A stretch of 64,000 bases of DNA from Selaginella moellendorffii (Eukaryota; Plantae; Lycopodiophyta), in NCBI RefSeq assembly GCF_000143415.4, contig NW_003314359.1, positions 281,477 to 345,476 on the forward strand, in the 5' to 3' direction. Below are positions 25,299-39,110 of the stretch, in pieces. The position numbers were made by a program, and so were the translations under genes. The notes below the pieces were generated by a model. It ran no database searches. It was not told where the DNA came from and worked only from the letters and a program-made list of their open reading frames with translations. Within the stretch, counting starts at the first letter, position 1; each line of letters starts with the position of its first letter.

Positions 25299-26407
25299 AT
25301 GGATCGAACTGACACTGTCTATGACTACATACTCTTGGGCTTCGCCTTGGGAGCTGCGGTGCCATTTATCATAGCAAATGGCGTGCTCTTCGTCCATCGC
25401 AATCGCTCCTACTTTCGAGCACAGGGAGGAGTGTACCTCGTTCTGTGCAGCTCTTTAGCTGGCTTGGTCTGGATATCATCATCTTTTCTCAACGATGGTC
25501 ACTTCCAGCATACCGGGCCTTTTGTAAGCGGCGTCCGATGGGCATTTTGGCTACAAGGACTGGGGGTTTGCTCCTGGTTCATGCTCACGGTTCTCCGGCT
25601 TCGTCGGATGTACGAGCTCAGCCGGAACATCCACAAATGGTCCTGGGGAAACTACGCTCTACTGCTCGCCTCCATGCTTCCAGTCTTGGTTTTGTTCGTG
25701 GCCGCAAACTTGAAGCGAGAGAGGTAAAGTTTGATGCTCTAGTCATGTTCATTCTCCAAAGCTCGTATTATCAGCAGGGAACGTCATGGTACGCTAGACA
25801 GTGCGAGAGTACTCACTGTCCTGGCGGTCTACACTCCAAACTTGCTACTGGTTATCGTGTTTATGTACAAGCTGCGCAACCAGCAAGATCCTTTGTTGAC
25901 TGTGGAGTACGCGCACACTTGCGAGTACTTGACTATGGCGGTGGCCATCTGTTTTCTCGCTGCCATCGCGGTCTTCACAGGGGACAGCCAAAGCATTGCC
26001 GGCAGATGCTTCTTAACATTTTGCGTCTGCTGCCTCGTCTTCTTCCACTTTTGGATCCGGTTCGGGTGGCCAGTTTATTTGTGTCTCTGGAGACCGGCAG
26101 AGGACATGGATAAGTTTGAGGAGGAACTCACGTCCGCTGGTGCTCGGGCTTTGGCCGTCGTTCCCAACCAGATGCTGCATTTCCCGTCGTCAGAAGGTGC
26201 CATTTGGGAGGCTTTCTTCAAAGCGAGCGAGGAACTGGAAAGTTACAAGGTGAAAGATAAATACTCTTCTCTCATATAACAATGGTTGCTAATGCTGGAT
26301 AACAGGAAGAAATCCGGAAGATGGAAGCTCAGAAGTTGCTGTTAGAGGACAAGATACGAGAGCTGCAGTGGCAGAAGTGGACAATGGCTGGAACTGGTCA
26401 GTTTTAA
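25299..26407 (+). CDS. 7TM GPCR/RGS1-like protein, copy D (exons 25299-25723, 25778-26249, 26306-26407)
   Basis: Paralog with the same 472-nt exon 2 and the same intron phases. Confidence 0.8.
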
Positions 26408-26441
26408 GTTATTGCAAGACTTGGAAGAAATTATTCCAAAC

Positions 26442-28886
26442 TTAATAGTAGGGGACGAAGCCACGATTCACAGCCGCTCTCATCACGGCATCAATCTTGT
26501 CCACGTCAATCGTGTTGCCAACCTCGTGATGGTTCCAGTTTTCCATGGTCGCCAGGATTCCTCCCGCGTGACTTGCCTGGACGACTCCTCTCGGCATGCT
26601 TCCCTGCCAGGACAAAGAAGACGATGAGCACCACCAGCAAGTGAAAACGGAGAGACTCTCACCTCGCAAGCTCGGATTCCTTTATACTCGGGAGGCAGGC
26701 GCATTGCTGGAAGCTTGGCGTACGAGCAATCAGGACGGGTTTCCTCCATAGCCTCCTCGGTGAATTGATAGAAACAAGCTCCAGAAGGAGCGTGGAGCTG
26801 CTCCATCGCTCGCAGGGGCTCTCCAACGATCCAGGCCTGTAAATTCCAGCAAGTTACGTCCAGCTTTTCTGGGAAGGAAGCATATCATACTTTGCAGTGC
26901 TTCCCGTGCTCGAGTGACTCAACTGCGACGAGCTTGTGCTGGGATTCTTGCGGGACCGATTTTTTAAGCGACTCAAAGGCATAGGACGAGGATTTAGCCA
27001 GAACCTGAGGAAAAAACCAGAGCTTTACGTGGGAAACGCGGGCAGGAGCTAGCTGCTCACCGTCACTTCAGTGGCGCGGTGGCGGCAGAGATAATTGGCG
27101 ATGGCACGGCCAACTTTGTGCTCGACTCCGACCAGGAAAACCTCGCTAGCATCTTTTGGAAGCTTGTCAAGAACAATGGCGCTGGTTAGCGTGCTTCCGT
27201 CCACCACCTTGATGCTGAGGCCGGGGTGGTTTTTCAGAAACAGTGCTCCACTCGCATTCAAATGCTCGTCCTGTGGGGATCATAACGATGTTCACAACAT
27301 GGAGTATACACTTTGACATACCTTGTTGTGTATTCCCAGGCATATGAACTTGGCTCCTTTGTCCTGTGCGGCCAGGATGGCGCGCTCGATGAGCGCATTC
27401 AAGCTTCCGATCTCAGACGTCATTCCAAACTATACAAAACGCAAAACTTACCATCGCACAGCAAGATGAAAAGTATACTCACGTGAAAGCTAAACCTCGG
27501 GATCGCCCATGTCTGCGCGAGAACCTTGTCGACGGTGTGCTCCTCAACAGTGAACGGGCTCCCAAACGCCCACAGCAACAGCATAGCGGGGAGCGCCAGA
27601 GGATACAGGAGCCAAATGTACCACTTCCTGCAATACGGCTGCGCTGCAAAAGATGGTATCCCAAACGACAAGTGGAAGACCGATAAGGGGTCAGTCGGGT
27701 GCGTTAAGAACACGAAATCCACCAACTCCGTCCTGCCTGCGTGGTCACGCAAGTTATAAGTCCCGACGAAGCTGGAAAAGAAAAAAAACGACAAAACAAA
27801 GTACCTTGACGAGCTGCAAGATGGAGCTGATCGCTTGTCTTGTCTACGGTCCCATAAATGTAGTCGTATAGGGGAACGAAGAGGCAGAAATTTGTGTGGA
27901 CCTGCGTGTGATGGAGAGAATGGAACCTGGAAGGATAGGAGATGTGGAGGATAAGCAGTTGAAAAGATAGAAAAACTTACGATGGAGTGTAGACGAGGTA
28001 CTTGAGCAGAGGAAGAGCTTGAAACATCCAGGATGGCATGAACTCCCAGTTGCAATGGCCAATGTAGTTCATGAAATCAAACCACAGCATGTAGGAGTAG
28101 ATGAGGGCGAGCGAGGCGGTGCCAAGGAAGAGGTTGACAATGAGCGTGGAGCCAAAGAGGACCGCGTAGCTCAGGTGCTCGGCAAAAGGATGGACGTTGC
28201 CAGTCACGGCCTGGGTGACAAAGGAGAGATGGTGGTGGGAATGGTAGCGGCGGTAGAGAGAATGGTGGTGGAGGGCGCGATGGAACCAGTAATAGAGGAA
28301 CTCCACGGGTCCCAGGTGCCAGAGGATGGTGATGACCAAACCCCTCCAATCCCACACGGCATGGTTCGGCAAGCACAGTGGCGAGAACTGGTACGCGAGC
28401 AACATCAGCGCCTGGAGCAGTATGAAATCCTCCCTGAGTGACGGAAGAAACAAAAGAGAAAGAAGCCGTGAGCGCGCGCGCGCGAGAGAGAGAGAGAGAG
28501 ATTTGACAAAGTCTGTGATCGCATACCAATCTCTTTCCCTGTCCAGCTGATCGAACTTCATCCCCTTGGTCTGGACCTGGTGCTTCTTGACTATGTCGTG
28601 GACGCTGGTGACCGTGATCCATAGCTGGCCCTGGATATAGCGCAGCGCCGCGAGCACGAGGATATGGAGGCTAAAGTTGTCCCTCGAGCGGCCCTCCGGG
28701 GTCATCGCGCTTCGCACTGCATTGGCCACCAGAGGCAAGTAGAGGAGATACTGCCAAGATCAAGAGACAACGAGAGAGATTTAGGAATGCGCATGCATGC
28801 ATGTACAGCGAGAGAAAGAGAGAAACCTTGAAGCTTCCAAGCCTCTCCCATGGCCAGTGCGTGAGCAACCCAGGATTGATCGCCAT
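26442..28886 (-). CDS. CER1/CER3(WAX2)-family very-long-chain alkane-forming enzyme, CER3-like, multi-exon
   Basis: [13 protein letters not shown] start; His boxes HRALHH, YHSHHH, FHSLHH; VDFVFLTH; C-terminal WAX2 domain HAGG...[15 protein letters not shown]. Confidence 0.92.
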
Positions 28887-30168
28887 AGCTCCCGAGCTAG
28901 CTTGCTTTCTCCTTGCAGAGCTTAATCGTGGAAGCCAGAGGTGCTCGTCAGATATCTGGAGATCTGTGCTCGGCACAAACAATGTGGCCTGGCCGCCCTA
29001 AGCTTCCAATGCTAGGCAGCTGACAATAAATCGAGAACCACTTGGAGGTCCGCCGTTGGTTGGCGTTCCACCTTTCTAGTCGCCGGATCCGCCGGGTTCG
29101 AACCTCCGTCTGGTGTGTTTGAAGATATATCCTCCAAGCACTGAAGCTCTTTGTTGGCAAGTACGGTGGCCTGGCCGGACCAACGCCCGCTTTTAAAACC
29201 TGTAACAGTGAGGAGGTTGACGCACAAAGGAATGCATCGTCGTCAAGCTCTTTGCGTGCGGCAGAGGACAATGGTACACAGGACCACGTCATCACCTTAA
29301 GCCGCTAGCGTGATTGTGACAATCGCAAAGAATTAACAAGTCATTTGTGTGCAGTCATTGAACTCACGGCATCTAACATGTCATCATAAGGTATGTGATG
29401 CAATGATAGTCACTTGGATAGTAGCTAAAGCCAATGCTAGATCTCGAGCTGAAGAATCACATAACAAGAAATCTCAAAATAACGAGGAGAGTATGGGATA
29501 GCTCTCGTTGATATTTCTAGACCATAGCATGTCTATTGTCCTGGCTGAGTGAAGATCTGTGGATCAAAGAGCAGAAAACAGGAACTATCCTTTCTGCTTG
29601 ATGGGAATATAGTAATGATCTGAGCTGAGAGAAGACACCACTACGAAGACATGAAGCTATGTTAAGCTTATATTGACACTAATATAGTTTATGTTCTCAG
29701 CTTTGACATCTTTCTCTTATTTGCTAGATATGCCTTAATAACATGGTATTAGAGGGGTTGGTAGATCGAAGGGATCTTCCCAGACAGAGACACTCAATCC
29801 AGAGCAACAAATTATTTGCTATACAATTAGGTTAGGGTCTATGTTCTTCAAATTTGCATTAACTTTGTATATTTGATTTGTATTAATTTTCTTCTATTGC
29901 CATTGTTTTTTGTATGTATAAAATGATGAAATTATCTTGATATTTTCTTTAGCATATATGATTTTGACCTATATCTTATGATGAATTGACCTGTATCTTA
30001 TGATGAATTACTATAAGGTAACTATGAAGTGGAATTTAACTTTTAAACATATTAAATTTAAGCTTTTTAAGAGGTCTGCCTAATATTATTCAAACCCAAT
30101 GACATTTAACCCTAATACCCTTAATCAATTGGAAAAGAGGGTGCATTTTTATTCATGGGTTCTTTCTT

Positions 30169-30420
30169 TTTATATTTGAATTTTTATAGATTGTCTTTTA
30201 AGTTATTCTTTTAATTGTTTATAATTCATTATGGTTTTTTGCAAGTTCACACTATCATGAATGGAAGTTAAGAGCCACAACTCTCCTGAGAACCTCATCA
30301 CTTTATATTTAAATTTGTATAAATTGTCTCTCGAATCATTCTCTTTGGTTATTTATAATTCATTATGCTTTTCTATAAATTCATGCTCTCCTGAATAAAA
30401 GTTTAAAGCCCCACTCTTTT
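30169..30420. repeat. Two degenerate ~130-bp AT-rich direct repeats (plus a 22-bp tandem duplication at ~29964-30007)
   Basis: tttatattt.aattt.tata.attgtct...tttataattcattatg occurs twice; ttgacct.tatcttatgatgaa occurs twice. Confidence 0.65.
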
Positions 30421-30799
30421 AACACTTTAACCCTTGTCAAGATTTTCATGTTGGCAGCATGAGGATGATAAGAATGTTACCATTTGCACAAAATTTCCAA
30501 CATATCAATGACTGACCAGTATCTGTTGCCAAAACCAGTAAGAAACTGTCTCCAGGAAGAATCACTCAGGCATGAAAGAACTTTGTCAAAATTTCTTTTG
30601 CTTTTTTTAAACAAAAGTTTACTTAGTGACTCAAGCGAGGCTCTATTTAGACAAGGTAGTCAAACGAGATTTTGCCAACTTGAAATCCGTTCGGACGTCC
30701 AATGTCTCCACCATGGTTACTTCAGCTCTGGTCTTGTTTCCACTCGGAAATAGCTGTACTGAAAGGAAAACCACACACTGTGACATTAATCACAAACAC

Positions 30800-32050
30800 T
30801 TGAGCAGAATGCTGCTTGGCATACCGCTCGGCTTTTCAAAACAAAACAAAGATGCTTACCTGCGTGTCTCTTTCCTCAAGATACTCCGCAGCTCTTAGCG
30901 TCAGGGAGGAGCTTCGCATCAACTAAGAGGTACGCTTGCTTCAAGACAGCCTTGATCCTGGTGAACAACGTCAATTGGTAAGAATACTCGGATAACTCCC
31001 CTGTCCGTTTTATACACTCTGGCCTGCACACTGCCTGCGCATCCAAAGTTCTAATTGCCTGGAAAACAACCCACAGAGGATCAACGCCTGTAGAAGGGGG
31101 TCCACCGAACCGTTTGTGGTAACACATCTTCGCAAAAAAACTCTGTAGCATTGGTGAAGAAATCCGCACGTCATAACCATCCGGTTTGGCCTCCTGCGCG
31201 ATTAATACACCTTGAGCAATGAGATTCCGCAGCTCCAGCATCACCATCTAGATCAAAGTCATGGCCATTTACACCCTAGCAGGGACAGAATCTTAGAGTA
31301 TGTTTGCTGTCCAAAAACATAAGGCGAAAGATGAAACGAATCAGTTGCCTCAATCCACTGCCTGCTAGTCCACAGCTCCAAGTAGTCCAAGCATGAACCG
31401 ACTATCCCTTTGTGACCACCTGTCAATTCTATGACCGACGTAATCATAATCTGTACTCCTTGGAGGTCGGCTTGTGCTTGCTGCAGGTTTTCAACATTGC
31501 CTACTGAGAACCTCACTGACGAATAACGGCTGGGCGTACTACTCAGTACATAGACCCTGTTTAGCTCAGCTGCATCTTCACGCCACCCCAAGTATTGAGC
31601 TTAAAGATCCTTGACAGACTCAACACCAACCAGGACACCGTTGAAGTTGTAGTCGTCATAATCCTTCCCTTCGAGAGTGCTGAAGAAATTGTCAAGGCAA
31701 TCCGAAGAGGCTGAGAGCAACGGCTTCATCTATAATGACCTGAAGCTTTAATCTGTACATTCTTCTCCTGTAGGCCTAGCCGGGACATTTGCCATGAATA
31801 TGGTCGCAAAGCGTAGCCCAGAACCTGTTCCTGCTCCACTGTCACCTTGTCCAAATACACCACACAGATATCTGGATCAAGTGATAACTCCCTCTGCTCT
31901 TCCCGCTTTGTCATAGTTGCGTCCACATCAAGTAGTGTTTCCCTAGGGCAAAGGTTCGCTTATGCCCGAGGTGCAGCTCAATTGCGGTATTGTCCCAGCT
32001 TCATGAAATCGATCATTTCTCACCTTCTCCGCAGAGGAGAATATCCGTGG
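30800..32050 (-). pseudogene. Frameshifted P-loop NTPase plus putative PD-(D/E)xK nuclease gene (Crinkler/AAA-like architecture)
   Basis: Walker A remnant QL*QSGKS (~31896-31913), Walker B VIIDEA, ELTGGHKGIVGSC, then SEYSYQLTLF; multiple stops and frameshifts. Confidence 0.55.
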
Positions 32051-32467
32051 AATTCTTCTCTTGGCCACTGTGGTCAGCAGCTGGAAGCATGGTGGATGGA
32101 CTTCTTTGATCCTGGGAGCCCAGGGATTTGTGGGGAATAGCGAGGTGGTGCTTAAGAGCACTCCGTGGTCTAGAGGCTACGAGAGCACTTGAATCTTTGA
32201 ATCATTGTCGCTTCTCTGTCTCTACTCGCGATATTCTCATCAATCAGTTCCAGTTTACTCAGCGACATGTCTCAAGAGTACAACACCACTGGTCGTCCGC
32301 CGGAGATCTTAGTGTGTACAAGTTTGTCTGTGTGTGAGCATATGAATCAAGTTCTTTCTTAACAATGTTATGGCTAGCCACTTATCTATCCTTGTCCTAC
32401 CAGTGTCAACACAATCTCTGGCCTATTGTGGAGTGGGGAGTGGGAAAAAATTTGAGCCTTTGACTAC

Positions 32468-33654
32468 TCAAGCCACATAGACATTCTTCCCGGAGAAGTG
32501 CTCCGTGTACACCTCGTGCATGTAGTCCCTGTAAGTCCTGCTGCGGTACTTTGCCGGACTCTCCTGGCTCACCAGCTCGGGAATCGGGCTGATCTCCGCA
32601 TCCAGTGACGGCCCCAGGAACGCCCCGACGGACAGCCTTGAGCTCTTCGAGTTCACCATCACCCTGTGCAATATGCTCTTGTACCTCCCATTGCTGAGCT
32701 TCTGAGATAACCAAGCAAGGCCAACATTAAGATCATTCCACAAACTTTTCGACTGCTTGTACCTCCAGCTGATCACCCATGTTGACCACCAGCATTCCCT
32801 CGAGTGGCCTCACGTTATACCAATCCTCGCCTTGCTTGAGCTGCAATCCCCCGACTCCATCCTGGAGCACAAACGTGAGGCCCCCGCTGTCGGTGTGGCC
32901 TTCCATGCCCAAGGCCTGCCTCGGGTTTGGGCAAGCCGGATAGAAGTTTGCTCTTGTAAGGAGGACCATGTCTTCGAAGGCTTCCAGAAGACGGTTTGAG
33001 CGGAGGCCAAGTCCCTCGGACATGACCAACAGCATCCTCTTCCCGAGCTTGAAGATGTTTCTTGCGTACTCGGATCCAACGTCCCTGTTGCATTGCAAAT
33101 GATACAGAGCGTCAGGAATCTAAAGCAATAGCAGAGATATAATCAAGGAGAGAGATACTGACTTGTAGCTGGCTGGGAACGCGGGCCACGGGTGTGCTCC
33201 GAGGGACTCTTCCTTGAGCCACATCTGGAGGTGGTCGTGCCACTCGAGCTTCTCTTCTTTCGAAGGCATCATGCTGGTGCAGTAGCGGACGGGTGTGAAG
33301 ATCTCCTCGGTGTAGTACCGCATCTTGTCCTCGCTGGGCGAGTTGAAGAACTCGAGAGCGCACCTCATCACATCCTCGGTGTGAATGCCGTGGTTCTTGA
33401 GCTGAACAAGAAATACATCCACTTAGCAAACATGTACTACAGGAAATTGAAACTTCTTGAAAACTTACGTAGAACATTCCGTACTTTGTGCAAGCGTCAA
33501 CGAGATCCCTCTCGAAGCTCTCGCTCGCCACATCGACTATCGGCAGCACCGCGTACCGGGAGACATCGGCAGCTCCATTCGGCATCATGTATCTTTCCGG
33601 AACGCTCGACAGTGTCCCGTTGCAGCTGTCAACAAATGCCTTGATGCCAGCCAT
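32468..33654 (-). CDS. 2-oxoglutarate/Fe(II)-dependent dioxygenase (DOXC class), multi-exon
   Basis: VPERY, NHGI, NFYP.CP, HTD, HRV, RLS motifs. Confidence 0.93.
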
Positions 33655-34141
33655 GGATGGGACTGTGTAAGCAAGAAAGCTTGGAAGACGAAAGATGGAA
33701 ATGGAAATGTATGCTTGGATGCTAGGCTTTCTCAACTTTGAGATGCGGATATCAGTGTCCTCCCAGTCACCTGCTTATATAGTTGCAAAAAATAAGATTT
33801 TCAAGTCGGCAGCACGAAGATGATAAGAACGTTACCATTGCGCCGATTCCGGATCCGCCCCCGCTCAAGACCATTTTGTAGACTTTTCCGTACCCGTGAC
33901 TTGACCAGCGTCCGCATCTGGCCCTGCCCCAGATCCACATCAAGCGTCAATGCTCAACTTAGTTGACCCACGACATAGAAAATTTGGAGCCACGAAACTT
34001 CGGAATTGTCACGTTTTTGTATCGAACAGGAAAGATCGTCCACGCAAGTCCGGTCGTGGCACGGACTGCAAAAACAAAAGCCTTTGCATAAAGGACGATG
34101 ATTTTATAGAGCTTTCTTGTTACCTCACAGCGCTGGCGGCA

Positions 34142-35917
34142 ATGGCGCTAGCAATGGCCAAGGAACTCTTCTCCATCGCCAGCAATCGCTGGATCATCGC
34201 AGTGTCGGGCTTCTACCTGATAGCAATCACCGGAGGCACGCTCACCAGCTTCAGCTTGTTCTCGCAAGAGCTCAAAGTCTCCCTGCATTACAAGCAAGAG
34301 TCCGTCAATACCATCAGTTTTTTCAAGGATCTCGGCACCAGCATGGCTTTCCTGGCCGGCTTGCTCAATGCGAGAGTCGGACCCCGTCTCACCATGCTCG
34401 TCTCCGCATTGCTCAACTTGTTCGGCTACACCATGGCCTGGCTCGCCATCACCCACCAGATTGCTCGTCCACCGGCATGGCAAATGAGCTTCTACATGTT
34501 TCTCGTCGGCGCCTCTGTAGGCTTTGCAGTCACGGCTGTCCTGTCGACCTGTGCCACGAACTTCCCCAAACATCACCAGGGGATGCTGCTGAGCTTGCTC
34601 GACGGCAGCAATGGCCTGGGAGCAACCGCATTCGCGGTTGTGTTCCAGACTTTCTTCCAGGTCCACGCTCGCTCCTTTCTGCTCTTCCTGGGGCTGCTAC
34701 CGACGTTCCTGTATCTGCTGCTTGGCCTCTTCCTCGGGCCCGTGCCTGTCGCCGAGAGGCCCAGCGACAAGTCCATTCTTAACTCGTTCCTCATCACCAC
34801 TTTTGCCTTGGCGGGCTATCTCCTCGTCGTCACAGTCATTGAGGGGACCATACCGAGCAGGCTTCCAGACTCGGTGCCTTTGGTGTTCTTCGGGTTGATG
34901 CTGGTCATCGTCCTACTTCCGGTTGTTCTGGTTGTCCGAGCTGAGCTTCGATCACATTCGAACGGTGCTGGTGTTGTCGATCAACTCCAAAGCATCCAGA
35001 CACCATCCCCAACTGAGAAGTCTGTCGATCAACTTGAAAGCATCCACACACCACTGCCAACGGATAAGTCCGAAGCTCAGCTCGCGGATATGAATTCCAC
35101 CCCTAGTGCTCTGCAAGTCGTCGACCATTTTCCTTCTCAAGCTTCCGGCACTGGCAGCTGCAGATGGTTCCGAGTCCCGGCGAGAGGTAAGGACTACAGG
35201 CTCGTCCACGCCTTGCTGAGCATCGATATGTGGCTGATGGTCATTGCGACTTCCTGCGGCCTGGGAACGGTGTCTACCTTCTACAACAACTTGGGCCAGC
35301 TGAGCGACTCCCTGGGATACTCCACCGCAAGGATGAACATCTTCGTGGCTCTCCTCAACATATGGGACTTCCTGGGAGCAATCGGCTGCGGCTTCCTGTC
35401 CGAGATACTCCTCCACAAGTTTGGCATTGGACGGCCGTTCGTGTTCGCTGCGGTGGTCGGCTTTCTAGCGCTCGGCAACTTGCTCATCGCCTTGGGCCTT
35501 CCCGGCGCGCTGTACATCGGCTCCATCATCATCGGCCTCGCCACCGGAGGCCAGTGGGCGGTGCTGTCGACCATGATCGCGGAGATCTTCGGGCTCAAGC
35601 ACTATGGAGTTCTCCAGAGCTTCCCAAACGTTGCAAAGGGGATTGGGACGTATGTCTTGTCGGTGGAAGTTGCCGGTGTGTTCTACGATAGGCAAGCCAG
35701 GAAATATCGGGGCCCTGACGAGGCCTCGCTCTTGTGCCACGGTGCCAAGTGCTACAGGGAAACGTTCTTCGTCATGGCCGCCACCTGTCTGTTTGGGTGC
35801 ACCATCGCCGTGGTTCTCAGCTTGAGGTCCGCCAAGTTCTACAGTGCGGAGGTGAGGCCCAGGTTGACGAGAAAAGTTGCTGCTGTAACTGTTGATGATG
35901 GAGTCCAAGCATGCTAG
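34142..35917 (+). CDS. Nodulin-like (NFD4-type) major facilitator superfamily transporter, intronless
   Basis: FSLFSQELKVSLHY.Q, TC.TNFP, NNLGQ...LGY, EIFGLKHYG, CHGAKCY; about 12 TM segments. Confidence 0.92.
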   Translation: MALAMAKELFSIASNRWIIAVSGFYLIAITGGTLTSFSLFSQELKVSLHYKQESVNTISFFKDLGTSMAFLAGLLNARVGPRLTMLVSALLNLFGYTMAWLAITHQIARPPAWQMSFYMFLVGASVGFAVTAVLSTCATNFPKHHQGMLLSLLDGSNGLGATAFAVVFQTFFQVHARSFLLFLGLLPTFLYLLLGLFLGPVPVAERPSDKSILNSFLITTFALAGYLLVVTVIEGTIPSRLPDSVPLVFFGLMLVIVLLPVVLVVRAELRSHSNGAGVVDQLQSIQTPSPTEKSVDQLESIHTPLPTDKSEAQLADMNSTPSALQVVDHFPSQASGTGSCRWFRVPARGKDYRLVHALLSIDMWLMVIATSCGLGTVSTFYNNLGQLSDSLGYSTARMNIFVALLNIWDFLGAIGCGFLSEILLHKFGIGRPFVFAAVVGFLALGNLLIALGLPGALYIGSIIIGLATGGQWAVLSTMIAEIFGLKHYGVLQSFPNVAKGIGTYVLSVEVAGVFYDRQARKYRGPDEASLLCHGAKCYRETFFVMAATCLFGCTIAVVLSLRSAKFYSAEVRPRLTRKVAAVTVDDGVQAC

Positions 35918-36208
35918 CTAGCAGACGGCTCGAGTTAAGTTTCGCAAGGAAACGAAGAACTTCTTACCTGTGCTGCCGCTAGAGAGCTAAGAATGAGACT
36001 CGCAAGAGGTTTTGGAGGAATGTGAAAGAAAGAAAGCATTTCCATCGCGCAAAAAGTGAGCTATCCACTCCAGAGAAACTCCGCCCAAGAGCCTCCGGGA
36101 TGAGATTCTTACCAAGGGATGAGCCAGATCTTCTGCCTACATTATACCCTAAAGATGCCTTAACATAGTATAACGTTTATTGTGGTTACAAATAAAGATT
36201 GATACATT

Positions 36209-38037
<1,829 letters not shown>

Positions 38038-38209
38038 GCCTCTCCTCGGCTTTACGACCTACAAGCATAGAGAAAAATAAAAATCGTATTTTTACATCAA
38101 ACACGAAAAAAATTTCTCTTTGTTTGATGCTCAAGGTCTCCACATCGTTTGCTCTAGACAGTTTTTCTCGATCCAGATCTTCTTCCGACTTTTCTAGCGA
38201 CGATTTCCC

Positions 38210-39038
38210 TCATTTGGTCTCCAAGACCTCGTCGTCGTCCGTGGAATCGTCACGGCAAGTACACTCGGAAGTGTTGAGATTGAGGCCACAGCGCGTGCAC
38301 AGCCCCTTGCAGATGGAGCTACAAATGGAGAAGTAAGGGACGTCCAAATGGACAGTGTCACGGATATAAGACGAGAGATCCATCACCTTGACCTCGTCCG
38401 GGAAGTGGAACTTGTCGTCCAGGTCGATGTCCAGCACGGGCTCGCCGGGCTCCGGCTCCTCGCCGAGCACCACACCAATGGACGGCTCCGTTGGCTCTTC
38501 CACGGGAGTCCGAGATAGAAGAACGCTGAAAGGTGAGAAGACTCGAGTAGCATGAGGAGCCAGACACCTTGAGTTTGCAGGAAAAGAAGGATCAAACAAA
38601 GTTGGAAAGACGAAACAATCCATACCTGTCACAAAGCACGCAAACAGCAGTCTTGACGATTCCATTCAGCTTCAAGTCTCCGGATTTATCTTTGGTGACG
38701 TCGTATGAGACTCCCACTGGAGTAGCGGTTGCCGGGTCGGCGCCGCCGGGCAAAACTCCCATGGATGTGGCGAGAGTTCTCGACACCTTGGACGAGAACT
38801 GCTTGAGTCCCAGGTTCTCCAGTGTCGTCTGGCACTCGAAGTGGCTCTGGACGGCGCTGCGCTTGTAGGTGACGGAGCTCGGCACGGGAGGATCGCTGGT
38901 CTGGCTCGGAAACACCGACACGACGTGCATTCTCCTCTGGGAGAGCTTCAGAGATCTCGGTGGAGTTTTTCTTCGCCATGCTACTTCCAGGTTGCTACTG
39001 AAGGAGCTTGAGAGGGGATACGCGCCTAGAGCAGACAT
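38210..39038 (-). CDS. DUF177/YceD plastid large-rRNA accumulation protein; 2 exons
   Basis: Transit peptide, CDRCL, DLSSYIRDTVHL, CKGLCTRCGLNLN...C.C. Confidence 0.9.
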
Positions 39039-39110
39039 CTGGGAGGAGAGAACCAAAACAAGTAGAGAAGGATTGAGTAGGAAACGCAGCATTGCTTACA
39101 CTGTTTTCTT

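Noticed and set aside
29055-29115. GGTTCGAACC B-box-like motif upstream of the CER3-like gene
   Set aside because: No cloverleaf or convincing A-box could be built, so it is not called a tRNA or SINE.
34975-35070. 16-aa tandem repeat in the MFS central loop (VDQL.SI.TP.PT.KS twice)
   Set aside because: Real, but an ordinary in-frame duplication in a variable loop.
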